From Octopus bimaculoides (taxonomy: Eukaryota), in the NCBI RefSeq assembly GCF_001194135.2, contig NC_068988.1:2403380-2467379 (forward strand): a stretch of DNA of 64,000 nt. Direction: 5' to 3'. The notes beneath the pieces were generated by a model. That model did no database searches. It worked only from the letters and a program-made list of their open reading frames with translations, and was not told the origin of the DNA. This document shows positions 36,686 through 49,054 of the stretch, piece by piece; positions within the stretch are counted from its first letter, which is position 1; the number at the start of each line of letters is the position of its first letter. The position numbers and the translations under genes were made by a program.

Positions 36686-37799
36686 TGATGAAATATTGGC
36701 ATTAGATCGATTGCCAGTTGCAAATAATAGATTTCATTTTTAGGTGTTTCTGTTTCGTTGTTTTTGTATGTTTTTTTTTTCAGTGTGTTCTTGGATCGGC
36801 ACTGAGCACGGACATTTCTTGCCTTTTGTCCAATAGGGTTAATCAAACAGTTTTAGTAGTTTATTACTCATGAATTTTAGCAAGAATTTCTAAAGAACAA
36901 GTCAGAATATAAGACTTCTTAACCTCTTTTTTTATATTTAAGGTTTTCTCTTCTTTCTTAATATAAACCATCACTGCTACCAATATTTTCTATTTTCTGC
37001 ACATTTTTGGGTTTTTTTTTGTGACAAAAGATTTACTTACAGTTTCCCATTAGTTGATCTCTTCCATAATTTAGATGTAGTTTTATAACGAAGTATTACA
37101 ACAATCAATGCTTTTAAACAAAGGAGCTTTTTATATATTTTCATAACAAAGAGAGTTTGTATTTTCATTGTTGTTGTTGTTTCGTTTCTTTCCTTTTTTT
37201 TTTTTTTATATATTTTCGGTTGACTAGATTACCTTATTGATTCCACTTAATTTTTATGTCAATTTGTAAAGACGATGTGTTATCCTATTCTATTCATTTT
37301 GATAATAGTAAATGAGTGAGCACTGGTATCAACAGTACCAGTATTTCATGAAAATAACCAATATTTGGCTTTTGTTGTTTTTATTTATTTTTAATGTTAT
37401 ATTGTGTTTCTTGTGGCTAACCTAGTCTGCAACGTTCATTATTTATTCTTCAGCTTTTCATTTTAGATTTTAATGTCTCTCTTTTTACTGAAGTGTGAAG
37501 ATGTATCAGAAATATGGAGTACATCTTGTAGCACTCAATGTAATGTTTAGGTGGAATACGAACTGTTACAAGTGCCATGGGGTATATTTTGTGTACCTTC
37601 AATTTTGCTAGTTTCAGTTAGTCTAAAGCTATTCAATTTCAAATATTATTTCCCATCAACTACATCCATTTTAAACCACCTCTTTGGTATACTCTAATAT
37701 TCAGGCATGGTCACTTAAACAACTAGAAATAGCAGCTGAAATCCTTTCACATCACACACCTTCCATTTTAAATAAAGAAAGAAAACGGTGGCATTTAGT

Positions 37800-37935
37800 G
37801 CTATATATGCAGGCATGGCTTTGAAGTTTTGGATTCAGTTCCTCTCTGCACCATCTTCTACTGTAGTCCTAGGAGGACAAAGCCTTGTGAGTGGATTTGG
37901 TATACACCAACTAAAAGAACCCCATCATATGTGTG
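37800..37935 (+). mobile_element. SINE family C fragment
   Basis: tcttctactgtagtcctaggaggacaaagccttgtgagtggatttggtatac..aaagaacccc. Confidence 0.7.
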
Positions 37936-38466
37936 TATGTGTATGTATATCTATCTATCTATCTCTCTCTCTCTCTCTCTCTCTNNNNNNNNNNNNNNNN
38001 NNNNNNNNNNNNNNNNNNNNNNNNNNNNNNNNNNNNNNNNNNNNNNNNNNNNNNNNNNNNNNNNNNNNNNNNNNNNNNNNNNNNNNNNNNNNNNNNNNNN
38101 NNNNNNNNNNNNNNNNNNNNNNNNNNNNNNNNNNNNNNNNNNNNNNNNNNNNNNNNNNNNNNNNNNNNNNNNNNNNNNNNNNNNNNNNNNNNNNNNNNNN
38201 NNNNNNNNNNNNNNNNNNNNNNNNNNNNNNNNNNNNNNNNNNNNNNNNNNNNNNNNNNNNNNNNNNNNNNNNNNNNNNNNNNNNNNNNNNNNNNNNNNNN
38301 NNNNNNNNNNNNNNNNNNNNNNNNNNNNNNNNNNNNNNNNNNNNNNNNNNNNNNNNNNNNNNNNNNNNNNNNNNNNNNNNNNNNNNNNNNNNNNNNNNNN
38401 NNNNNNNNNNNNNNNNNNNNNNNNNNNNNNNNNNNNNNNNNNNNNNNNNNNNNNNNNNNNNNNNNN

Positions 38467-38507
<41 letters not shown>

Positions 38508-38699
38508 ACATATACATATATATGCACACACATATATATATACACATATGTACATACATATATGTATGTATGTAAGTATGTATGTCTATGAAGATTCTTG
38601 AATAATGTTTCTTTACCTAAATCTCTGGATCAGTTCTTTATTCAGTATCATTTCATAGATTAAGGTGTGGTATTAAAGAGATTTCTAAGCAAATAAATT

Positions 38700-38865
38700 A
38701 ATCCGGTATTAAATAGACTAAGTAGAAATAGATTAACTAGTATTAGATAAATTAAGTGGTCTGGTACTAAATAGATTAACTAGTCTAGTTTTACATAGAT
38801 TAAGTTTTGTATTAAATATATTAAGTAGCCTGGTATTAAACAGATTAAGTGGTCTGGTCTTTCAT
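38700..38865. repeat. Degenerate minisatellite with a unit of about 24 bp
   Basis: Consensus aagtggtctggtattaaatagatt, about 6-7 imperfect copies. Confidence 0.75.
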
Positions 38866-39079
38866 GTAATATCGACAGAGAGCATCAAATTGCTTGCTCT
38901 GTGATGACGTTTTAATCAGGAAGAGATATAAATTATGTTTGTTGCACACTGAAGTAGCATAACAATAGTTGCATTATGATAGATGCAGTATAATAGTTTC
39001 AGTGTATTGTGGAATTATAATGTTGCAGTTAAACAATTGCAATATAATGAGGTGTTGAGGTGACAGGAAGCTCCCATCG

Positions 39080-39370
39080 TCATCATCCTCATCATCTTTT
39101 AATGTCCACCTTCCATGCATGGGTGGGATGGTTTCACAAGAGCTGGCCAGGCAGAAGCCTGCACCAGAATTCTGTGACTGTTTTGGCAGGATTTTTACAG
39201 CTGGATGCCCTTCCTAACACCAACCTCTCAGCAGAGTGGACTTAGTGCTCTTTACATGGCACAAGCGCAGTTGAAATCAGTTTTGGCAAAGTTTTTACAG
39301 ATGGATGCCCTGCATAACACCAACCACTTCACAGTGTGCACTGAGTACTTTTAAGTGGCACCTGCACTGA
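39080..39370 (-). mobile_element. Family B repeat, two tandem partial copies
   Basis: ttttacagctggatgcccttcctaacaccaacc occurs twice. Confidence 0.75.
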
Positions 39371-39689
39371 TGGGGTCACCAAGTACTTGCAAGACAAAAA
39401 AAAAAAAGAAATCTAACACAAGGAGGTGATCTTGTGTCGGATGATAAAAAGTTATAGTGAGACAGAGAGACAAAAACAGGTGTCTGGCTGTAGAGGAAGT
39501 ACAAGGTTACCCAGCCAGAGAGAGAGAGAGAGAGAGAGTGGCAGACAGCAGGATAGAGATGGTGGCAAAATGCTGAGCATACTCACAAGGGATGGGGATC
39601 AGAATATACATTGGATGGTTGCGTAAAGGAAGAGAGAGATGCTCTAGTAGTTAAGAATTAGAATCAGCAGAAACTGTATGGTGTATAGT

Positions 39690-39990
39690 TTAGGTACAAG
39701 ACCAGTAAACTTTGAGGGGAGGGATCCAGTCAACACCATCATCCCAGTACTTGATTGCCCTTTATTTTATCTATCGCAGAAGGATGAAAAGCAGAGATGA
39801 TTTTTGCTGGATTTGAACCAAGAATATAATGAGAGAGCAAAAATACCAAACATTTTTTCCGAATCTCAAACGACTGTACCAGCTCATCCGTCTCTTAATA
39901 ATTATATCTATTTCGACACAAGATCAGTAATTTTAAGGGGAGGGACAGTAGTCAATACTATTGACCCCAGTACTTGACTGGTATTTATTT
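39690..39990 (-). mobile_element. Two SINE family A fragments
   Basis: ccccagtacttga..gg..tttatttta motif occurs twice in reverse orientation. Confidence 0.6.
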
Positions 39991-39994
39991 TATC

Positions 39995-40370
39995 CTGTGC
40001 CAGTAGCACCATTCGAGCGTGATGATTACCAGCATTGCCTTACTGGCACTTGTGCCATTGGCACATGAAAGACAATATTTGAGTGAGGTCGTTGCCAGTG
40101 CCGCTGGACTGGCTCCTGTGCAGGCGGCACATAAAAAACACCACTTGAGCATGGCTGTCACCAATACTACCTGACTGGCCCTCGTGCCAGTGGCACATGA
40201 AAGCACCCACTACACTCTCAGAGTGGTTGGCGTTAGGAAGGGCATCCAGCTGTAGAAACTCCGCCAGATCATATTGGAGCCTAGTGCAGCCATCTGGCTC
40301 GCCAGTCCTCAATCAAACCGTCCAATCCATGCCAGCATGGAAAGTGGACGTTAAACAATGATGATGATCC
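39995..40370 (+). mobile_element. RTE-tail SINE-like repeat (family B, long form)
   Basis: gagtggttggcgttaggaagggcatccagctgtagaaac..(GAT)n. Confidence 0.9.
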
Positions 40371-40501
40371 CATGAGGAATAAATGGCAAAGCTTCTTTGG
40401 CTGGATTTGAACTCTGAAAATAAAGAACTGGTAAAAATACTGTGAAACATGTTTTTCAGACACTTTAATGATTCTGATAGCTTGTTACTTAAAGTAACAT
40501 A

Positions 40502-40548
<47 letters not shown>

Positions 40549-42811
40549 CTTGGGACAAATCTTGTGTCAGGAACCACAGAGAAAAGATATTGTATTTCCT
40601 TATATAGGTTTTTGTTAATGATCTTATAATATTTTGGGAAAGATTTCCCCTTTTCAAATAGAAGAAAGAAAATAATCAAAGGCTTCAGAAAAATGTATTG
40701 TAACAAGCAGGTCATTCTTAAGTGTTGTGATACTTTACAGTCTCTGCTCTGTGCCATAGTTACACGTTGTGTCTTGGCAGGAGCTGTATTGTCATTTGTT
40801 GAGATTCAATAGTTGTAGCATGCTGTACTAAGTGCTTATAGCTGTTACTCAGTATTGATTTTAGAAATTATCGTCTGCATTTATTGTAACCAGCTTAATC
40901 AATTAGATCACTTCTTCATTTAATCAACTTCATCATCATTATCCTCTTGTTTGTTCATAGAAAAATATTGTTGATTTTTATACAACTAAAACAATAGCCA
41001 GTTCTATGATCTGGTTAGTTTAATACCAACTCCACACAGGCCTTTACAACTCACTTGTCTCTCCTCCTCTTATCCTCCATATTGTGTATGCAACCAAATT
41101 CTACACTGATCACTTTGTCCAGTCCTCCAGAATGTTAGTCTCTGCCTATGATTTCCCCTGTCTCTATTTACTTGCAATTGTTCAAAGACAAGTAAATGTT
41201 TGCCATGTTGGTCTTATTAGGCTTAGAGGGTCTGTAAAGACATTAGCACAGACCCTTCCTCTAGATCAAACCAAAAACGAGGAATTATTTGGGAAAGTGT
41301 CTGCACCAAGGAATTAGAAGTGAAATCAGTCTCAGAATACATCTTGCAGACCTAAGAATTTGAAATTGTAGCAAAGTTATCAGATGTCAAAATGTTCAGT
41401 TTAAACAAAAAGCTAAAAACTGAAACAAAACAGATAAAAAAGAAGATTAGGAACGATAAGAGGAATATTTCTTTATTGTTATTAGGACATATTTAAAAAC
41501 CTAACTTGATTTCCTGTAAGGGTTCACATTCAATGAATTTGTGCCGTTTGGTGCAATAAAGAGCAACTAGGGATTTTCACAAAGGAAAGAAGATAATCTT
41601 AGATTATTTATTTTTAACCAACAAAAATAATAAAGTAAAATATTATATTTACAGTCTGAAAGGTAAAAAAATATATAATGAAAAAAATGTTACAGAAGGA
41701 ATGAGAAAGGTGAGTGGAAAAGAGATGAGTCTTATAGTAGAAACCTTTTAAAGACTATTGACCCCCAAGTTATAAACATATTGATTGAATCAGGTAGGGA
41801 GAATAACACAAAAATAGCAAACAGGCACATAATAAAGCAACAGCAACAAAAATATCATTTGGAAAGTGTTCAGCTTCCAAAATACAACACCATTCATTGA
41901 AGAACACATTTTACAGGTTTCTCTTTTCTAAGTCCATTTCTGGTTACAATAAATAAAGTGCACAGAAGTGCTGAGAACAGTTATGTTCTTCTCTTTCGTT
42001 TCTTGAAAATATTGCTGTATTTATATCTATTCTTAACTTTAATGAATATATTTCACAGAGAGGAAACTGGTAATTGTGTTGTCTAGAAATGGAGTCTAGA
42101 ATTGGCTTCAACTGACACCCAAACCAAGCTGCAATGATGTTGCCTTAATTAGCAGTTTTATTAAGTTGGCATTATAAAATTTCACATAAAATGGAATATT
42201 TTCGAATTTTGTCAGACAGTTTGAAGCAAAAGAATAACTATTAACGTAGATATTGGTTGCAGTTGAAATCTGTTTCACTAACATGCTATAAATTGTTCTT
42301 TCTTATTTAGAGCAGAGTTATATAAACAAGACTTGACTTGATAATACAAGCAGAATACTGTCAAATTTTATCAAATAATGTCATCTAATATCTTTCTGTA
42401 AGCTGAGCTTTGACATATTCGAAATGTATAACACTATTAGTTGACACTACAAAATTTTGATAAATTAAGGTTGAGGTAAAATTGCCAGAAATAGAACAAT
42501 TACACAAAGATTATTGATGGAACCAAATTGGTAAAGGGATTTTTATAGGTTTTGAATGAAGATTAATTACACAGTAAATAATGACAACTATTCATTTATC
42601 CTTTGCACTTAAATGATGAATGAAATGAACTTCTTCACCTTTTATGATCATATCCAACAAGAATTGACATTTGTATTGAAAATCAGAAGTATTCACAGAA
42701 TGAGTAAAATAGATATAACTGAAAATTAAACCTTTCTCCTAAACTCGGTTCACTGGAAGCTTGTCATCTCTGCTAGAAAACTTGCCATGATTGAGCAGAA
42801 TATAACAACTA

Positions 42812-44095
42812 TTAGGTTGTTCTGAAAATAATGGCCGATTTCAGAAACATAATTTTATTCTGGAAAAATTAACAATAGAAATGTTTTGATTAGTCAAAGT
42901 ATGAGCCGTGAACATCGATGCACCTCTGCCATCGATCAACGAGATTATTTATGCCTCGTTGATAAAAGCTTATTGGCTTTGATGCTAAGAAAGCTTTGAA
43001 AGCTGATTCCACATCTGGTTTGGACCTGAAAGTTTTATCACTTAAAAACGTGTCTAAGTGCTTTAAAAATGGTTGTCAGTTTGTGAAAGATCAGGAGAAT
43101 ATGGAGGATGTGGTAAAATCTTGTGTCCCAAGTCTGTGAGTTTCTGCAGCATCATTCTTGCAACATGTGACTTTACATTATTGTGGAGCAGAATTGAGCT
43201 ACACACCGATTCACCAATCCAGGTCTCTTTTTTGCGAGTGAGCATGAATTTCAACGAGTTGATTGCAGTAAACCTCTGCTGTAATTCTCTAATTGGCTTC
43301 CAGGAAGCTGTAATGGACAACACCAAATGCAGACCACAAGATAGTTACCATAATCTTTTGCTGATGCAACTTTGGCTTAGGGAAATGTTTGGGGGATTCA
43401 TCGCGATCAAGCCATTGACCTGATCGTTTTTGGTTATCATAAAGGATCCACTTTTTGTCACAAGTGACTATTCGCTCAAAAAAGGGATCATTAGTGTTTT
43501 GCAGAAAGAGCATTAAGCACATTTCAAAACACCAAACTTTTTGATTTTCATTGAGCTCAAGCGGTTCCCATTTATCGAGCTTTTCACCTTACCAATCTTC
43601 TGCAGATTGCGTGAGACTGTTGCAATACGGACACCAAGTGCCTGAGACATTTCTTTGACTCCTTGACTTGAGTTTTGTTCAACAATTGCTTTCAATTGTT
43701 CATTGTCAAGACTGCATGACTGTCCTCTACCTTCTTCATCTTAAAGGCTCTCATCACCACTACAGAATTTCTGAAACCACCTTCGTACTGTGCAATCACT
43801 TGTGGACTCCTCTCTCCATGCTCTGTTGATATTGGCAGCAGCTTGGGAGGCATTGTGCCCAAGTTTGAACTCATGCATGAAAAGTAAGTAAAGGTCCCTT
43901 TTTTTTCATGTTCATAATTAAGGGAACCTATGCTTCAAGAATGTTTTCTGTCTGAAATAAGCAGAACATTATTAAAGAGCATACATCAATTATAAAATAT
44001 GTCGAAATCCACCTAAAATATAATTAAAATACAATGATAAAACCGCGTTTCAAAACACAACACTTAGAGTGGCCATTATTTTCGGAACAGCCTAA
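42812..44095 (-). mobile_element. Full-length mariner transposon (1284 bp, Hsmar1/cecropia-like) with inactivated transposase
   Basis: 25-bp TIRs ttaggYtgttcYgaaaataatggcc (2 mismatches) flanked by TA at 42810-42811 and 44096-44097. Confidence 0.95.
42890..43909 (-). pseudogene. Mariner transposase pseudogene
   Basis: Fragments HEFKLGHNASQAAANIN, TVRRWFQKF, IVTCDKKWILYDN, KPKLHQQKIMVT, LHNNVKSH (second catalytic D lost), YSPDLSQTD and FYQRGINNLVDRWQRCIDVHGSYFD*. Several frameshifts and stops. Confidence 0.92.
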
Positions 44096-44883
44096 TATAA
44101 CCTGTCTTTCCTCTTCCACAAGTGAATGGTAGCCTTCTGAAATACTTTCTGTGAACGTCTTTACCCTGCAACAATAGACAGGTCGCTGTTGAAAAGGAAT
44201 GTCAACAGCATTAATTTATAGGTCTTGAACTGTTTGAAAAGGGTACGGATATAGCTCTATTCCTCCAGTCCTACTAAATAATAAATACATTAAAATAAAT
44301 AGAAGCTGAATGATTACAATTCCAAAATATTTAAACGAAGGTCTTCAAAAATTTAAATTTAAATTTCAGTAAATAGATTTCTTCACTCTCTAACTCAGTG
44401 TTTTACTGCTTTGGCATGTTATACAATTATCTCCTTCACACAAACAATCTCTGGAAGTGATTGCACTAAATATAAATCCTTAAATAGATAGATCTGAGCT
44501 GTCTGTCAGTATCGACTTTCTATTTAATAAAATTTGTTTTCAACAGAATCATTTTCTGCATAGATGATAAGTTTATTTACAATAAAATACTTTCCTAAAA
44601 GTTTCTGTCTTTCTTCTACGAGAAGATATTACATTATTCAAAATAAATTTCCTTGCAGAATTTGCCTTTAGAATTATACAATGATCTAATCCAAAAAGAA
44701 TGTAGGCTTTTAGTATAAATTCTTTAAAAAATTTCCCCTTAATCTGTCAGAATTTAGTTTTGATATGTTTACTTGACATTTTAAAAGAAAGGTAGGACAA
44801 TCACTTGTCACTTGTGAATATGTATGGCTTGGTAACACATACTATGTAACAGGCCACTGGAGTGGCTTAAATAAACACACTTA

Positions 44884-44918
<35 letters not shown>

Positions 44919-45272
44919 CGTTATAATAATGGTATGATTCAACTCCATAATAATAGAGGTTTTGTGGGTGCTCAGGACATGTCCACTTTGGTAGATGTTA
45001 TATAGGTGCTTATGGCATGAAATTATAAGAGATGTGGAACTGAGTGAAACTGTTATTCCATACATGTGATTCCCAACTAAGTGTGGTCTCAGGGATGTGA
45101 AACTAAGTGGCAAAGAAAGATATTCAGTTTGAATAAACAACATAAATAATATAGTCCACATCATGTGATGAAATGCGATGGATAATCCCTTCCTCTCTCA
45201 TTGTCAAACTGTAACATGTGAATGTTTATATATATATTTAAATACACACATATCCACCCCAACCCCCCCACA

Positions 45273-46152
45273 CACAGAGGGTGTGATGGATAAATCGTTG
45301 CCATTTTATAATTTTAATTTTGGGCATGCACATTATTTGTTTTGGATTTTGTTGTCTACACAGTATAGTAGGGACAGTTGGGCACTGTCTGTGAGAAAGC
45401 AGCACCATGACGCAATTCACTCTGCCAGAGATTTGGAAACGAGATGCTGTACTGCTTAGCATTCGCACTGGAAGCTTCAATATGAACATTTTAGAGTGGT
45501 TGGGTGTCAATCTGAAGACATGTACTGAGAATGATAAAAATCAAACATTCAATTAACATCATGGTGTTTGGAGTGATCACTAGTGATGGCGACGTTATGC
45601 CTCCATTCATCTTCCCACAGAACCTTAGAGTCAACATGGAAGCCTACATCGAGTGCCTGGAGGAAGTAGTGTTACCCTGGGTCAAAAATATGACTGCTGG
45701 AAGACCTTATGTCTGGCAACAGGACTCTGCACCATGCCACACTAGTAGGAGAACCCAGTCATGGCTGTCAGACAATTTCTAAGACTACATCACCTCTCAC
45801 ATCTGGCCACATAACTTCCCACACTGCAACCCCCTTGATTATTATGTGTGGGGGATGCAGTTGAGTGAAAGACCAACAAAACTCCTTGTAACACCAAAGA
45901 TGAATTGAAGGCAAGGATTATGGCAGCATTCACCAACTTAAACAAGGAGACTATCCAGAATAGCTGCAGGAGATTTCAAAGTTGTCTGGAGGCCATGGTT
46001 GAAGCCAATGGCGACTTTATTGAACGAATTTAATCTTTAGTATTTCAAGATACTTTTATGTAATTTTGGTAAATACATCTGTTAAAATGAGATGTCAGTG
46101 TTATTTTCATTTTTGCATAATTTAGTCAACAGTTTATTCACTGCACCTTGTA
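45273..46152 (+). mobile_element. Internally deleted maT (DD37D) element
   Basis: ORF 45531-45782 MVFGVITSDGDVMPPFIF..YVWQQDSAPCHTS, then NPLDYYVWG. Imperfect TIR-like ends acagagggtgtgatggataaat and tttattcactgcaccttgta. Confidence 0.85.
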
Positions 46153-46180
46153 TATATATGCTTATATCTATATCTATATA

Positions 46181-46328
46181 GATCAACACAGTTTGATTCA
46201 GACTCCTTGATACTCTGAGTTTCAAGCATGTAGCTAGTCTTCAGCTGTTGAGATCAGACCCTAAGGCTGAAGAATACACATACTTGAAACTCAGAGTACC
46301 ACAGAGTCTGAATAAAACTGTTTTGATC
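46181..46328. repeat. 148-bp fold-back with CTGAAGA...TTGAAAC cores in both arms
   Basis: Arms about 46181-46245 and about 46266-46328 are imperfect reverse complements with a 20-nt loop. Followed by aataaa and a T-rich tail. Confidence 0.8.
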
Positions 46329-46419
46329 GTTAGATCTAGCTCCCAATAAAGGTGTTGAGTGCCTTTCTGTCATTTGTCTACTCACTTGTTTCTATGTTTA
46401 TTATTTAAATATATATATA

Positions 46420-46700
46420 TATATGTGAACTGCCATGCTGCACGGCAGTGAAACATGGGCCATGAATGCTGAGGACATGCGTAGGCTTGAAAGAAATGAA
46501 ACTAGTATGATCCACTGGATGTGTAATGTCAGAGTGCATACACGACAGAGTGTAAATGCCCTGAGAGAAAAGTTGGGCATAAGAAGCATCAAATGTGGTG
46601 TGCAAGAGAGGCATCTGTGCTGGTATGGCCATGTGTTATGTATGAAAGAAGACAACTGTGTGAGGAAGTGCCACTCCCTAACTGTAGAAGGGAGTGGCAC
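46420..46700 (+). mobile_element. RTE-clade LINE ORF C-terminal fragment
   Basis: MLHGSETWAMNAEDMRRLERNETSMIHWMC..LCWYGHV matches the RTE LYGSETW / RLRWFGHV motifs. Confidence 0.9.
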
Positions 46701-46815
46701 TTGCAATTTCATCTTTTAATAACTTTTATTTTCCCACCTTTTCCAGCTCTTTGTCACCTATGCATGCATTCCCATGTATAACAATCATCATCATCATCAT
46801 TATTGCTACTATTGT

Positions 46816-47022
46816 TAAGGCAGTGAGTGGGCAGAATGGTTAACCTGCCAAGCAAAATGCTTAGCGGCATTTCATCTATCTTGATGTTCTGAGTTCAAAT
46901 GCTTCTAAGGTTGACTTTGCCTTTCATCCTTTCAGAGTTGATAAAATAAGTACCAGCTGAACACTGGGGTCGATGTAATCGATCCCCCTCAAATTTCAGG
47001 TATTGTGCTTATAGTAGAATGG

Positions 47023-47058
<36 letters not shown>
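46816..47058 (+). mobile_element. tRNA-derived SINE (family A) with (ATT)n tail
   Basis: aaggcagtgagtgggcagaatggtt head, gttctgagttcaaatg B-box and family core. Confidence 0.85.
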
Positions 47059-47059
47059 G

Positions 47060-47556
47060 AAGATTTTACACAGTATACAATATTGTGAGGTTGTTGATTA
47101 AAGATATTGTGTCTACCAGGGGTTTTACTGTTTGTCAAGTCGCAACAAGGACCTCAGACAGACAGTACTTTACCCAATATTGATGCAGTTCCAAGTTCCA
47201 AAACTTTTGCAATACATCTAGATTGCAGTAGGGTATTTCTAAAGTTTCCAGATGTTTCTTCAGCTTGGGTGATATTGAACCCAATGCTCCGATGACAATA
47301 GGGATAACCTCTATGTTTGATTCTCATAGCTGCCATAGCTTTGCGATCTCAATTCTCAGGTCTCCATATTTATCAACCCTTTCTCGTTCTTCCATGACGA
47401 TATCTTGATCTCCTGGCACTGCTACGTCAATTATTAGGGACTCTTGTTTCTCCCTCCTAAAGGTCACTATATCCGGAACTTCGGTGTTCTGACACCTTGT
47501 CTGTCTGGAAGTCAAAGTCCCAGATAATTTTTGCTTTCCCCTTTTCATTCATTATC
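47060..47556 (-). mobile_element. 3' fragment of a second RLE (R4-like) non-LTR family (RB)
   Basis: KIIWDFDFQTD / PDIV / LIIDVAVPGDQDIVMEERERVDKYGDLRIEIAKLW / GTASILGKVL: PD-(D/E)xK-type RLE motif. The tail merges with an (AAT)n array. Confidence 0.85.
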
Positions 47557-47888
47557 TCTTCTTCTTCTTCTTCTTCTTCTTCTTCTTCTTCTTCTTCTTG
47601 CCTTTGCACAGCTTCTAATGCTGGAGATGTGCTACGGTGTCAGCTGTTCACTACCAGTGAACTAAGGTAACACTCCTTATTTTTTGAGCACCTTCTGGAG
47701 TATTCAAGCAGTTCCAAGCAGTGCTGTCTTCTGCAAGTGCTCCACCCTTATTGCAGCCCCTATTTGTTCCATGTACTTCTCAAGATTCTTACTCACTGTT
47801 CCCAAGGCTCCGATAATTATTGGTATTACTACCACCTTTTTCATCGATCACAACTGTTTAATTTCCCAAGCTAACCTGTCATATCTAT
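47557..47888 (-). mobile_element. R4/Dong-like family RA 3' end with (GAA)n tail
   Basis: Homologous to 13498-13789 over about 290 bp. Flanked by (AAT)n at about 47897-47978. Confidence 0.85.
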
Positions 47889-47894
47889 TGACTA

Positions 47895-47979
<85 letters not shown>

Positions 47980-48245
47980 AAGCATATGCATTTATACAAA
48001 CATTGGCCGTTAATTTTGTCCCCACATTACGACATTGTAAAACTTTGCATATTTTCATAAGCACAGACAGTGTCGTTCGTGTGATTCCACAATCCTCTCA
48101 ACCATTATATTCTTTCTGTAAATTCTAAGTATATAGATTCAAAAATATCTTGTCAGTATATTTTCTTCATTGCATGACATTCATAGACTTAGAATGACTA
48201 GTTACGAGGAAGAAATAATCTCAGCTTATTATATAATGTGTGTGC

Positions 48246-48276
<31 letters not shown>

Positions 48277-48299
48277 TGTGTCTATGTGTGCATGTGTCT

Positions 48300-48632
48300 A
48301 TATCATCATCATCACCACCATCATCATGATCATCATGATCATCATTGTCTTCATCAACATCATTATCAGCATCATCATCATCACCACTATGATGATGATG
48401 ATGATGATGATCACCACCACCACCACCACCACCACCATCCTCATCACCACTACCACCACCATCATCATCATCATCGTCGTCATTGTTGTCGTCATCGTCG
48501 TCACCACCACCACCACCACCACCACCACCACAACTATCATCAACATCGACATCTTCATCATCATTGTCATCATCATCGATGTTGATGCCGTCACCACCAT
48601 CACCACCATCACCACCACCACCACCACAATCA
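48300..48632. repeat. Compound (CAT)/(CAC)/(GAT) microsatellite
   Basis: Seen directly. Confidence 0.95.
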
Positions 48633-49054
48633 TCTGATATATCAAATAATACAATACACCGTATCATTTTATATTCTTTAATCTATTTCTTTCTGGCTTT
48701 AGTTGATTCTATTGACCAGTATTTCGTCTGCTTCTTATCATGTAAAGATCAAAATGTAAATGATAGGGATACGGCTTTAATAATCAGACAAAAAAAATAG
48801 CCATCAGCTGGAAAGAAGGAAAAGAAATGAAGAAAGAAGCGAACCTGCAGTGAAAAAAACAAAACAAAAACTAAAAAAGGAACCAAAGCTGCATATTGCT
48901 TTACGTATTCTTTTATTTCAGCCAAGTGTATCAATGTTGATATTATTAAACTGAAAGAGGCCATTGTGATGTTGGTTGACCCACTTGATATTGCAGCCAA
49001 ATCTTCCTCAAATTAGATTTTGATGTCTAAAATGAGGACAGTCGAGTCCAAAAT

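Noticed and set aside
48170-48800. Poly-His, poly-Gly/Asp and poly-Ile ORFs (also 13270-13515, 16703-17239, 25390-25851, 30572-30984)
   Set aside because: Translations of trinucleotide microsatellites that are open in several frames on both strands.
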